Below, piece by piece: positions 39,190-53,400 of a stretch of DNA of 64,000 bases. Each line of letters begins with the position of its first letter. The first letter of the stretch is position 1. Under the pieces are notes generated by a model. The model was not told the DNA's origin. It made no database searches and worked only from the letters and a program-made list of their open reading frames with translations. The translations under genes were made by a program, and so were the position numbers. The stretch is from NCBI RefSeq assembly GCF_964204865.1, contig NC_135256.1:12400001-12464000 (forward strand), in the 5' to 3' direction. The DNA comes from Styela clava (Eukaryota).

Positions 39190-42100
39190 ATTGTAAGAAA
39201 TTGTATTCCTAATTGATCACGACCTGTAAACAAGGAAGAAATTAAATGAACTGTAGAGCAGAGATAGATGTGTAAATCTTTAGATACCAAGAGACCAGGG
39301 CACAAATATTTGGTAAATATAAATATTTACGCGTAGCTCTCAGTCAACAAAATTAGGGGTAGCACAGCGAACACCAAGAAGTCCCTACTTTATTGGAATT
39401 TCGGAAACTGAATTTACTCCTCCCTTTATACCTCTACATTTCTAAGCTTAAGCATCTGAAGTGTTGTTAGTCCACTTATAACTGAAAGTGTTGACTAATT
39501 ATGGTTTTAATTATAGTAAAATTTGTTTCCATGGTGGCAACGCTGATTAGGATTCTTGTTGCCTCAATCCTGCCGTTGCCCCGACAAAGTTTCATTGAGG
39601 CGTTGAGTACTTAATTGTTATTCAACGGACCAATTTTGTAGGGGTGTTGTATACGGAAACTTATATTCATACCAATCATAATAAAGATTTAGAAATCCAT
39701 ATTCGTTGTATTAATATACACATGGATTGACGTCAAAAGTCAAACGGGCATCCATTTGAATCGAAAATAATATGTTAATCGCCATGATATTGTAATAAAT
39801 ATAAATAATTAACTTCGTCCTAAAAATTTGCTCCAAACATATTTCTAAATTAATGAATTTGCAAGTGTCGATTTTGATATTTCGAAGTGGTTTATGATGT
39901 AAACATATTTGGGTTATATAACGATGAATGCTAAAACGGTTTCATTGTAACTAATATGTATTAATAGCAGATAGCGGAGTCTATTCCGTGAACAGCCACC
40001 ATTCGGCACTACAATTTATTATGAGTGATTTCTTGTCATGCTTTTGTATTGGAATACCGGTGTTGGAGATATGTCTATTAATCTACATAGACATAGAGGC
40101 ACTAAATGTATTGAGAATTGCCAACTCGATTCGCTCCTCATTTGATTCTGTGCTGTAAAAATCCGATATGAAATATTTTTATCTGTCGTAAATGGATTTC
40201 TGCGCAAACCGAAGTTGGTACTTCCACTGCAAAAAGCACACTGATATTATAGGGTTTTGTTTTTTATTAATTCTAAAAAAAAACATCGTGTTTTAAAACA
40301 AGGCCTTTTTTTCAACTCAATTTTTTTCTGTATTTTTCATTGGAATATCCCTTGCATCGCCGCGAAACTACGCCAAAACGTTGCATTCTGGCAGCTACAC
40401 ACGTAGCTGGAATTATAATTTCAAAAATGTAAGTACAAATTCTTATTTTGACGTTTACTTCTATTGCGTACATTTATCGCCACGTTTGTATCTCTGCCAA
40501 AGTCACAAGATTTTAACCGGAATGTTTACCCGAGATATCAGAGAGACATTTTGAGTAAGAAAAATCATGAAACCTAGCTCTCTTGGCTACTACAAAAGCA
40601 ATTAGATCAAAGGCAGCCTTTGACAAAACGAGTGGGTTGCGATACTGAAGAATATGCTTAAATCTGCGACAGTCTACTGATATACGAGTAAACGATGAGA
40701 CGCTCTAGCCTAGCCTATGCTAATTATAAGAGTACTCTGTTGCAAAGACGCCACAACTAATTTGTTATGACGCCATAATATTGATTTCGAGTTCATGTAT
40801 TGACATTTTTCTCATAAAATGAAGGCATTATTACAGTTAATACTGTCCGGTTATGCTTAGCATACTATGTTTTGAAGGTTGAAGTGATAAAGTTTTTCAA
40901 GGTTATACAAACTCATTTATTCGATCGCATTTCTATTTTCGCAAGGTGGTTTCGTCGCAGGGCCGTTCACGTAATGGCTTATCGGTTGCGTCTTGCTGCG
41001 CCAACCACTGAACTACAGCTTGAGAAGGTGTGTATGAGCCTCCATCGATATTTGTGGCGCTTTAATGAATTTATTACAAATATGAAGCGCTTGGCAAGTT
41101 TTTACATCCATTTTTCTTCAACCTATTTAATACAAAAAAATCAAATAGTACAGCTATTTTGAACAAAACAGGCAAAAAAAAACTTGATATAAAACAATTG
41201 TTTTAAAACATTTTTTTCTGAACAAATCCGTACCGATATAAGACTATCGGGAGGGAGAGTACACGTAATTAAATATACCATTGAATTATTATAATCTGGA
41301 GAGGAAAGGGTAAAATATTTTCATTATCTAATACAGTAATAGATATTTTATTTTACCAATCACATATTTATAACTAATTATTGATTGCGCTGAGCCTTTT
41401 ATGGGTTAATATACATGAGGGAGTCAATTTTTAAGCACAAAATAGATTATGATAAAAATGACGTGCAATCGTTGTCGAATCCCGAGTCCCAGAATACGTA
41501 GATTCAACTCGATTTTCAATTCCGATTCAAATCTCGTCCCATCCCTACCGAGAAGTCAAACTGAGTACGTAATACATATAAATATGCAATGTTTGGTTTC
41601 TCAAATTGATATTTTGCAATTCAATTATTAAGAACAGAACAATTACACAAATATATATGTGAATTGTATCAATATCACACAGAATGTGCGTGGGTATGAG
41701 CAATTTTTCTTGCTATTTGCGGTTGTGCAATAGTAAGTGTTTTATTAAATTACTCCAAATACTACAATATTAGAAATTTTATTACATGCTGGTAAGGTTA
41801 TATAGATTGAACACGCATCACATAAACGTAAGAATCGCTGTTTGCTGAAAGTTGACTTTTAGATACTGATTTTCGGTGAAAATGGCGGAACAAATGTCGA
41901 GGAATTTTTAATGATAACGAAAGTAAATTGAATGATTTATTTCCGAACACAAATCATTTTGGTTCGTGAAAAACAACTATAATATGAAGCAATCAACGTA
42001 GTAGAAAAGTGAAAGTTTTTTTATTTATGAGTACACAAGCATAATTTTATTTCGTGCTGTGGAAGATTTTGATTTACGTCAGATAGTCATTCAAAATGAG

Positions 42101-43417
42101 CAATATATACATATGAATAAACTACACCGCGAGGTTCAAGATCACGTTTCGTTGGTCGTGCAAAGACTAATAAAAAGTTAGTGAGACGCAAAGAATGATG
42201 GAAACGTTTCTGATCTTTCAGAAATCTTTTTAATTTGTTGACGCAGTAATTGTGGTTTAAAAGTTCTGGAGACTGGCAACCGTGTCGATGTGTGGTTCCA
42301 GACATATATATCAAAATGCGATGTCACTTTTGCAAGGCAGACAAATTCAATATTCAGAAAAAATGTAAGAATTATGAATATTCACAAAAAGCTATTATGT
42401 TGTAATATGTTGAATTGTTGTAATACTAATTCAATACAAGGAATAAAACCTAATTTCAAAGACATATAGTTTTAACTTTACTTAAAATACGTGAATATTT
42501 GTCAAATGACAGGTTCTTGATCACAAGAGTCGTTTGCAATGATAAATATCCAATAGAGCATAAACCAATGTCGCCGCAAAGGAACATTCATAAAATGGTT
42601 GAACACCTTTCATCTCATTCAAAGAAGTCTAATTCTTTATTACCGTTGCACTGTATAATATGTTTCTCGAATTTACTAGTTTTAAGCAGCGATTGATGCA
42701 CGCTGGGCCATAGTTAGACAGCACTTATTATGCTGTTATCTGAGTGCGGGTTACGGCCACCACGCGTTGTCAAAGGTTGCCGAGACAACATATTTATATT
42801 TTTTCATTTTTGATAGTAATATTTACAATATAATAGTCTGGGAGTCTGGGAGTAATTGTAAATGAATGCTGATTAGGAATAATATTAGTAGATTGCACGA
42901 ACATTGCGATGAGTGTCGTTGACTCCTTTACACATTCCAACGGTATTTTTGGAATCTTTGATTGTTTAAACGCAACTTGCTTTTGTTACCAAAGCGTTTT
43001 TAATTAATGAAGCTAATGCCGTGCTCTCAGCCAATGTGTATTATAGATCTATAAGAGAAAGTTGATATTGACTCTTTGATATTAGTTGATTTCCACGATG
43101 TAAGCAAATTCCAATTGTTTTTTTCGAAGTAACATTGTCATTATAAGTTTTAGTTGCAAGGATAACGTTGTAGTATTATGCAAATTATGTTTTTGAAACT
43201 ACAAAAGTTGGGTTGTGGAGGATATCTGCAATGATGTGATGACAAGATTAGTAATGTGCAATTGATAAAAACGTCTATAACATGACCAAACACAAGTCTG
43301 CCAGCAGATGTCTTGTACGGGTTGAAAGAGTAGAAAAAATTACGATAACTAGATAAAGAATGTGGACTTTACGTAGGCTGAATGGCTGTCAAACACCATT
43401 CTTTCAATGTTCCATTT

Positions 43418-43471
43418 AATTCAAGAGTCTTGCTGCACGTGCACACTATTTCTGTAACGTTTCGTCTGACC
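43418..43471 (-). mobile_element. Short fragment of the same Penelope-like repeat as 3644-4377
   Basis: AATTCAAGAGTCTTGCTGCAC..TATTTCTGTAACGTTTCGTCTGACC matches the palindrome arm end; only the GAAAC half of the hammerhead is retained. Confidence 0.7.
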
Positions 43472-44442
43472 GTCTTATACTTTCAATGTTTTGCAAAAAA
43501 TTATAAATTCACAAATTTGGAAATTTAAACGAACAAACGTAGGTTATTTTCTTTGAGTGCCATTCTAGATTCGGTTCTTCATCTCTCTTATGAACAACGA
43601 ATTCGAATCTAATCCAAGTACAATTCGAGATTAAATTTTAGGTCGCAGTTTCAATCCACGGGTAATGGAAAATTGCTTCCCTAATAAGCTCATGCTCGAT
43701 CACAGTTAAGGTAATGTAACATTTCTTCAGACTAATCTGGCAAATCAATCAAGGTAGAGCATAGATAAAAGCGAGCAGAAATGGTTTGGTGTATAATACA
43801 ATATAAGCTAAACACACTTTTAAGTATTGTATTAGCCAGTAGCCATATTTAACCAAGCATGGATTCAATTCGAACATATATCTCTTTTTTTGACATTCTG
43901 ACATCCACTTTCCCTTTTTATCGACGGCTGACGAAGCACTCGTATTTGTCCTCAATCCTCTCAAGAACAAAAGCCGCTTTAGAATGGTTAACAGGATTTC
44001 TATTCATTACCGAATAACATGATTATTGTAGTTAGTTAAATGAAGAAAACGGGAGAAACACTAAGACAGAAGTATGGGGTGAGATGCTAGCGACGGCGGC
44101 GGTGTCAATGAGTCTAACTTTTGTTTGAAAACCCAATATCAAATAGTGGGGTCTGCTATTTGATATACGACAGGCGTGCGTGGTGGGTGATGACCAAAAT
44201 CTTTGACAAGTTAGGGTAACAGATAAAGTGTGAAATGGGATAAATTACTAAAAAAAAGTATTATATGTGGAAAGGAACACGAATAAAACCGAATATTTCG
44301 GTTAATTTTGCTCGCTCATAATGATTATTCTTCGAAATGTATTTTTTATGGAAACGCAAAAGGTTTCATAAAACTTTCTGTGTTTTAGATATAGCTAATG
44401 GATAGATTATCGAACTATTCACTGAGATAAATATTAATCAAA

Positions 44443-47400
44443 ATGCTTGATATTATAAAAGGATTTACTGAACAAGTAAGTAGAAATTTTGTGAATAATT
44501 TTAACTACGCAATATTTGAGACAGTGTCGAATAAGATTTCCTTATGGTATATCCGTGGCGAGCATTGACTAAATTCGAGTACCATTTTAGTGGCTATTAT
44601 AGTTCAAGATGGTTTTGGTATATTTTATATTTTTTTTATATTTTGGTACTAGTTCGATTATAAAAATGACATGGGAAGAAGCATTAAATGAAGGCATAAT
44701 ATTTTCTCCAATATACCAACAATAGCCAATATCATGATTATTTTGTGTGCTTCTAGGTAACTGAATATAGCACAGTATTTGGACAAATATGGTATTTGGT
44801 TGTGTTTCTTTTCCGAGGAATGGTTGTCGTTACAATTGGAGATGAAGGTTAGTAACATTTCTCTTAAAAATTTATTCTGAATTATTGGATTTCACCGAAT
44901 TTTAAAATAATAATTGTCTTAGTTTACAGCGACGAACAGTCTGAATTCAAATGCAGTACATTAGAAATTGGTTGCGACAATGTTTGCTTCAGTAAATTTT
45001 CGAAGATTGCTCACATAAGATTCTGGGCCTTTCAGGTATGTATAATTTTCCTAATTATTGCGAAAAGTGTGTTACCGGCTCGAATAATTTCAGGATAAAA
45101 TTTAGTTTCATGTGGCGAAATCTGTGAAAAACGAACCTTGATTTTAAGCGTGTATGAGTAGGCCGCGTAAGACTAACAGGAAAACTGATATGGGATGCTC
45201 TTTCAGCAAAAATTACGAGGATTGTCTACTGGACCAAACGTCCACTTTCTGGGTCAAAGTATTCGGTGGACTATATGTGATATTAACTTATAAAATTATG
45301 TACTTTTCAGCTATTGGCTGTCACAACACCTACTATTCTATTTCACTTCTTTGTTACTGGAATCAAATCGAAAGTTGAAAAAATGAAAAGCACGAATGCA
45401 ATCGCGGCTGCAGCCGATGAGCATGTAGAGGATGACAACTGGTCAGAAAACAGAGGTACTTTTAAGGTACGAGAAACAGGTCATTTTGAAAAAATATTAT
45501 ATATCTAGATATTGAAGATCTGGCAAAATCATTGGTTCTTCTACGTGCCCGCTACCGATAATGAAACGTTTTGTTCTTGTGATTGTTTCATGTTCATCTC
45601 AATTATGATCAATATTCGTATATTAACATTTATAACTGATAAAGACAATCACCACTTCTGAAAAGTTTTACTAAACAGCAGTAATCAGGTGAAAAAAAGC
45701 TAAACCGTATTTCTGAAATATTATTGTTTCAGAGTGGAGATAATACACTCTTGAAAAAGAAAGGCAACAGAAAGCCTACAAAGGTTCGATTCAAAAGTGT
45801 TTATGACGCAAATGCAGACAACATGAAAGAGGTAAATTCTAACATATATGTAACACAAATATTCTTTGATCTATGTGCTTGACATTTTTAATATATTGAT
45901 TTCTATTTTGGAATCAAATGTTTAAAAAAATCCGTCATTTCTGTTTGATCTTACATCAGCAATGAATAATGATTCGTTTCCATCCAAAGTCCAGCGATTT
46001 ATTATTAGTTGAATCTTGTTGAGTAAGACGTTTTTAAAGAGTGAGTGCTTTAATATTGTTTGCAGATCGCTGTGACAGATAGTATTTCCTGGGCATATTA
46101 CCTGAACGTGATAACAAGAGGGGTGGTGGAAGGAGTCTTCATTTATCTATCATATGAACTTTTTAAATTCATGGTGAGTTAAAACTCTAACCCTTTGGTA
46201 GATCAGACTTTGTCAATAGAGGATTTAGATGTAAGAGATCTGAGCAGCATCAATTAACATAAAAAATCATCTTCAAAAACAACAATAAAAAGTCGGAAAA
46301 CATCATCTACCCTATTAAGCTACAGTGAAAAATTATTGTTTTACGCGTGGGACTCCAGTTTACCAAATTACCAGTTATTGTATTTAATACATACGTTATC
46401 AATATGTAATATTGAATACATACGTATTATACCTGTTGCGCTCGATTCTATGTAGCCTGGTTACTTCTCACGCACATTAAGTGATTGGAGACTTCAAAAC
46501 CGCGTCCCAATACCCCTGTCCTGACCCCAACCTATATCGGTTAATTGTTACAACTAGTCCGTGCTTTCAAGCAATTAAAGTCTGTAAACAGCGGTTAAAG
46601 TGCCGCCAGATTCTTCTGTGCCTTTCAAATGCTGCCCCAATATAATTCAACTTGAAATCGGTGAATATCTTTAATAACAATCAACAGACACTTCAAATCA
46701 AATCTCGTACATGAATCAGGAAAATAGAACTTGTCGGGTACCGGAAACGGAACGTTGTTAATGGAACGTAACGTAACTCTTGATACCGGGTATGAGGAAC
46801 GTAAAGGAACGTTGTTAATGGAACGGTTTTCTGCCAAAATAATAGATAAAACTAAATAGCTTATATGGCACAATTAATCAAATATAACAGCATTACCATT
46901 TTTACAAGCAATAACAATTCACATCAATTAGCAGATAACCATATGTCACAATTATGTACAGATTAAATCACATAGGATAAAATAGTATTCACAATAATAA
47001 AATACAGAATGAATCATACAAGATAAAACAATATTTACATACCGAATGTTTAGGATCTCCAGGCAACTCGATTCAACAAATTATAATCCAAAGTAAATAC
47101 AACTTAACTTATGTGACTAAATATAAAGAACAACATTTATCATTCTATTTGGACTATATTACAACCCTAACCTGTATCCCTACATTATATTACAACTCCA
47201 GTATGAACCGTTGATTTTAAACCCAATTAATAACTTCAATTCGAATCGTTTATCCTAACCGCGAATAGTAAACCCAATATTAAACACGATAAACAACTAC
47301 TAGCGCAATAGATTACACTGAATACAAGACAGAAGGTGCCAACTCATCGAAGCAGCGTGGCGATAATTTAGAATTCCCGGGATTAATCGAGAAACAGGAC

Positions 47401-50400
47401 TATGTCGCAATAAGGCTGCGTCGATACGTTTGCAACGTCTGCGTAACAACGTAAAACGTCATCAAATTAGAAACACGTTATGATTCTCGCTAACATTCCC
47501 CGCCCCAGATGTAGGAACGAAGAGAATACATCTTACAATTCAAAAAGAAAAAGTGAGAATCATCACAAATAAGTAATACAACTAACAATGAATTACTCAT
47601 CAGCTCTCTGAATCATACAAAGTTTTGCTATTGGTCTTCTTAAAAACCCATGAGAAGTTTTGACAGTCACTTGTCTGACAGCTCCAAATTTGTCTGGTAT
47701 AACTTCCATAATTCTGCCAGTCAGCCACTTCCCTCTTGGTATTGTGTTGTCAACCAGTAACACAAGATCATTGACTTTGAAATTGTCTTCCTTCTTCAAC
47801 CATTTATGTCGAGCTTGTAGATTGACAAGTACTTCTCTGGACCATCTTATCCAGAATTGGTCAGCCAAATATTGTATTTGACGCCATCTTCTTCTCGCAT
47901 AACAATCTTTTCTTGTCAAATATTCCTGGTGGTAAATTTGCTTTATGCTTCAGCAACAATAAATGATTTGGTGAAAGTGGTTCTTCATCCAAAGGATCCA
48001 TACTAATAGGTGTAAGTGGTCTTGAATTCAATTGACTTTCAACTTCACAAAATATAGTAGACAATGCTTCATCAGTAACTAATTGATCATGCAATAACGC
48101 AGTCAGTATCTTTCTTGCTGATCTGATGAGTTATTCATAGAAACCTCCAAAGTGTGAAGCTGTGGGAGGATTGAACTTGAATATGATATCACTTTGTCTG
48201 CAAAATTCTCCCATTTTACTGGAATTCCAAATTTGAATTTCTTTCTTCAACACTTTATTTCCAGCTGTAAAATTGCTCCCATTATCACAAATAATGGTTG
48301 AAATCTTGCCTCTTCTGGCTATGAATCTTCTTAACCCATTAATAAATGAATTGACATCCATACTATGCACAATTTCCAAATGCACTGCTCTAGTTGTTGC
48401 ACAGGTTATTATCAAGCCCCATCTCTTCACAGAACTTCTTCCTTGCTTCACCAACAACGGTCCGAAGTTGTCAACTCCAACACATGTGAATGGTGGTTGA
48501 TCTGGTGTCACACGCTCTTTAGGTAGGTCAGCCATAAATTGCTTACCCATCGAAGCATTTCTCTTTTTGCAAAAAATGCAATTACGAATATTTCGCTTTA
48601 CAACAACAGCTCCATTGATAATCCAGAACTTCTGTCTCAGCAAATTCCATGTATGACTTGCTCCACAATGATGTGAACTTTTATGGTATTCTCTGACAAT
48701 CAACTGTGTGATATGATGGTTACTTGGCAGTATTATTGGATGTTTCAAATCAAATTCTATGGGTGCGTTTTGCAATCTTCCACCCACTCTCAATATTCCA
48801 TTAATTAAAACAGGATTCAACTTTTGCATTGAAGGTGCAATTTTCAAATTTCTAAGCACACTTTTTCCTTGTACATCAGAATTTTGTAACTTTGCAATAA
48901 CTTTATTCAACTCACGATTTTGTAAATACTTTATCAGCTCATTTTCGGATCTTCTCAACTCTTCTGTTTGCAATTCACCCTTTTGAACAGTTGGTTTAGC
49001 TTGTAAATAAATTTTGAATCTGATAATCCATGCCGTAGCTTTCTTCAACTTATACCATGAAGAATAATAGTTGATAAACTTGTCCAAAGGTTCATTCTCT
49101 GTCACTAGATTCACTAGAACGTTAATTGGCTTCTTCAGAATAAATTCCAATGGTAAATCTGGTAATTTAACTGGCATTTGTGGCCAGTTCTCTTCATTCT
49201 GGTAGAGAAATTCTGGTCCTTGTAACCATGATTTCTTTGCAATCAATTTCTTTGCTGTCATTCCACGGGATGCATAATCCGCTGGGTTCAATTCACTTGG
49301 AACATAACGCCATTGATGTGGCTCTGAACCTTCTTCAATTTTTGCTAATCGGTTAGCTATGAAAGTAGGAAATCTTTTCGACGAATTGTAAATTGATTGG
49401 ATAGTAGCTGTGCTATCACTCCAGAATATAGATTTGACATTCGTCTCAAATTTCAATCGACGTCTTAAAAATATATCCACCCGCACACAAAGCGCAGCAG
49501 CTGTAATCTCCAGCCGTGGAAGTGAACATATTGTCTTGATAGGACACAATCTTGATTTTCCAAGTAAAAATGAACGAGTATTTGACCGTTTTCATCTGAT
49601 AACCTCAAATATGAAACTGATCCATAGGCAACTTGTGATGCATCGCCAAAATGATGTAATTCTTGTGAAACAATAACCCCAAATGAATTCGGTTTAATGT
49701 ATCTTGGTAATTTGACTTCTGATAAGTCTGGAATTGCTCTAGTCCAGCTTTCCCATGCTATTTGTTCATTTGCTCCAATAGTTTCATCCCATCCCAATTG
49801 TTGACGACATAACTCTTGGAATATAAGTCTTGCTTGCAATATCACAGGTGATACAATACCCATGGGATCGAATATGGAACCTAAAATTGCTAGAACTCCT
49901 CTTTTCGTATCAGGTTTTTGCTTCAGCTTTGTATTAAATCCAAAGCAATCTTCTATCACGAACCACACAACTCCCAAAACTCGTTCAACACGATTTGGGT
50001 CTAAATTTACGTTTGCTTGAATTTGTGCTCTATCCTTTTCTGGAACACAAGAAATAATTTCTTCTGAATTACTCCTCCATTTGTTTAAATGAAAACCTCC
50101 ACATTCAGTAAGTTCTGAGGTTTACTTGACAATTCTCCTCCCTTCAGATATACTATCTGCTCCAAGTAGGAAGTCATCTATATATGAATTATCTTTGATA
50201 TTGTCACTTATATCTGATGGAAAGTCTTTTCCAAAATCTTCTGCAGTTCTCCTTAAACAGTAATTTGCACAAAATGGACTTGATGTATTTCCAAAACAAT
50301 GCACTAACATCTGATGATCGACAGGAGTTTTTGTCAAATCTCCATCAGGCCAAAATAGGAATCTCAATGCATCAACATCCCTAGGCGTTACACGAGCTTG

Positions 50401-53400
50401 TAAGAACATAGCTTCTATATCTGCAGTTATACCATATTTGTACATTCTGAAACGTAGCAAAACAGATAACAATCCATTTGCCATATCTGGACCTTGCAGT
50501 AATTGATCATTCAGTGATGTGTTCAAATATCTTGCACCTGCATCAAATACCAGGCGTACTTTACCAGGTTTCTGTTCTGATGTAACGGGTTGATGAGGAA
50601 GATACCACGCTTTACCAATGGATGCTTCAAATTCAGCAGCAGGAATTTTCCTTGCCCATCCTTTCTTTATAAATTCAGCCATGGTACTGCAATATTTGTC
50701 CCTTAAAACTTCATTCTTCAACAAGCGTTTTCCCAAATTGTTGGTTCTTCTCATAACTGCATCACGATTATTAGGAAATTCAGGACATCCTGGTTTCCAT
50801 GGTAACGGAGATTGGTAATGTCCATCCACCATCTTTATATTATCTTCCATCAGTTGTAATGCATACTTATCTTCTCTTGACAATGTTGGTGTGGGAGTCA
50901 ATGATATATCTTTGAAATCCGTTTCCCACATCTCTCGAATTTGTTGTTGAAGATCTTCACTTTTCACTTCAACATGATTAACATGTACATGAAAACTTTC
51001 ATTCCCAGAAGCTTTATTAAAGGCAGGCCCGACCAGTGACCAACCAAGAATACTTCTTTTTGCAACTGGTTCATTTGTAGTACCACGTCTTTCATCTTTC
51101 ACCCAGAATACTTCAGGTACATTCACGCCAATCATGAGCATCACTCTTTCATCTGGTAATTTTGGAAATTCAATACCCTCGAGATATTCATGCCTTTGTA
51201 ATTCAATCCTTTTAGGTAATTTATTCGGTACTGTCGGAATTTCATCCACCGTGAGCACACGATGTAATGTCACACAACCTTCCCCTTTCAGTGGTTTAAC
51301 AGTTAAGTCAAGAGCGAATCCATCTTGTTTCTGTGGATTCGGTGTGTTTACAGTAGTAATGGAATAACTCATTGGTTCACCATCCATCTCTAAAAGTTCC
51401 ATCAATCTTTTATCACATAGACAAGAGGTGCTTCCCTCGTCTAGGAAACAGTATACTTCAATTTCTCTACCTTGAGGTGAGGATACTTTCACTGGAACTA
51501 TATTCAAGTATACTCCAGCTGAATTTCTGGTATAGTTCGTTAAGGTCGATCCCGATGTAGCAGTTTGAGTAGCGGAACTTGTACTTTGCTCTTTTCGCTT
51601 AGTATCTGCAACATTTCGATGAAGCATTCTATGATGTCTGCCACCACATCCTCTCTCAGTACATGCAGGATTCTTACGACATTGCCGTGCCATATGACCA
51701 ATGTATAAACAGTTTCTGCAAATATGAAATTCACGAATTGTAGCCTCGCGTTCACTTGCAGATTTTCTTTCAAACTCTGGACAATGAATAAGAAAATGAT
51801 CTTTTGAACAGATAACACATCTGTATCTATTTCTCACAAATGTACCTTTTCTCTCGGTAGATTGTTCAGGTTTGCCATCACCACTTGTTGAAGTGGAATT
51901 TGCATAAATTCTCTTCTTTTGAGGGTGTTTAGCCTTTTCCCTCTCTTTATGAGCTCTCATAGCTTTGCCCATCGATGATTGTGCCGTAATTGCTGCTTTC
52001 TTGACAAACTTTAAAAGATGTTCAAATTTTAGTTCAATGTTTCTATTCTCATAATCTGCTGCCTCCTCTTCCCATTTATTATGGTACTTCAGGGGTAATC
52101 TACATGAAAGTTGAGCAATATTGTCAAAATTATTTAGATCTGAATATTGCTTCCAATGCGACAGCGTTAGGTAACATTCTTCCATTTTATGAGAAAGATC
52201 CAGAAGACTATCTCGATCATCTGGTTTCAACATTGGACCATGTACCAACTCTTCCATATAAGTTCTGGCAATCAACAATGGTCTTCCGTAAGCTTCTCTT
52301 AGAAGTCTCTTTGCTAAAGTCAATCCTTCTGTAGGAGGATATACAGAACATTGACGAATCAATTCTCTTGCTTTACCTTTGCAAAACTGTTGCAAGTAAG
52401 TCAATCTTAGATTGTCATCTGAAATCTTGTTCTCAATATTTATCTTGAAACTATTCATGAATCTTGTATATTCTTCATGAGAACCATGAAACGAAAGTAA
52501 TTCGGGTTTAGGTAGATCTACCATGTCACGCATTGTAGATGTCATAGTAGCAAGAATTGAGCCAACATCTTGTGATGGCATATTAGGTACTTCTACAGGA
52601 CTCACCAAATTAGCCTGTCTCGTTCCACCTTGTCTAGTTCGAAATTCTTGATTAACGGGATTCATCACTTCCGCAACCACTTCCTGGACCGGATCCAGGG
52701 ATAATCTAACTTGTGGCTCTCTAGGAGGCACAATACAATTGGTTTGACCCACTTGAGGTGTGTTTACTTCAGCCCGTGCTGCTTCACATTCTACCAATTG
52801 TGCTATCGGTGGTCCAGAATCCATTTCTTGAAACTGAACCCTTTCATTGCGATTAGAGCCTATTTCCCACATTTCCGCCTCTACACATGCGGCTTGATAT
52901 TCGTGTATAGCTTGTAATCGCCTTATTTCTCTCTCTGATGCTGATTTTAATTCTTCAGCTTGTTCCAACTCTTACAGTTGCTTCATTTTCAATTTTGCAA
53001 GTTCTCTGACAGCTATTGCCTCAGTTCTCTTGTAACTGGAACTTGTACTTTTGTAACTCGATGCTGTCCTTGCAGATCGAGGTCTTGACATATTAGATGA
53101 TTTTCTACTAGCTATAGATTGTGGTTTTGATGGAGGATTCTCAACGATTTGTGTGCTTTCTTGTCTGGAAAGCCACTCTTCAACATGTGCTTTGAACTCT
53201 TCATATCCATAACTTTCTCTCTGGAAAGATTCTTTAGCTACTCTTTGAGCCTCTTCATCTACTGGCAGTTCTGCAACATGTATTTCATAAGCTTTAGAAT
53301 ACTCCACAAACATTGCATCTATTTCTTTTACTTGGGAGTGTAGAATCTCCTTATTTCTTGGATTCAACATCAATTCTTCTGCTGATCTATACTGACCATT

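Noticed and set aside
46625-46873. Identical 82-aa ORFs at 46625-46873 and 53781-54029
   Set aside because: They reflect the LTR duplication; non-ATG start and no homology.
52969-52974. In-frame TAA as programmed gag-pol readthrough or genetic code reassignment
   Set aside because: The stop lies inside gag, upstream of the capsid and Zn knuckles; further stops and frameshifts follow, and host genes here terminate with TAA.
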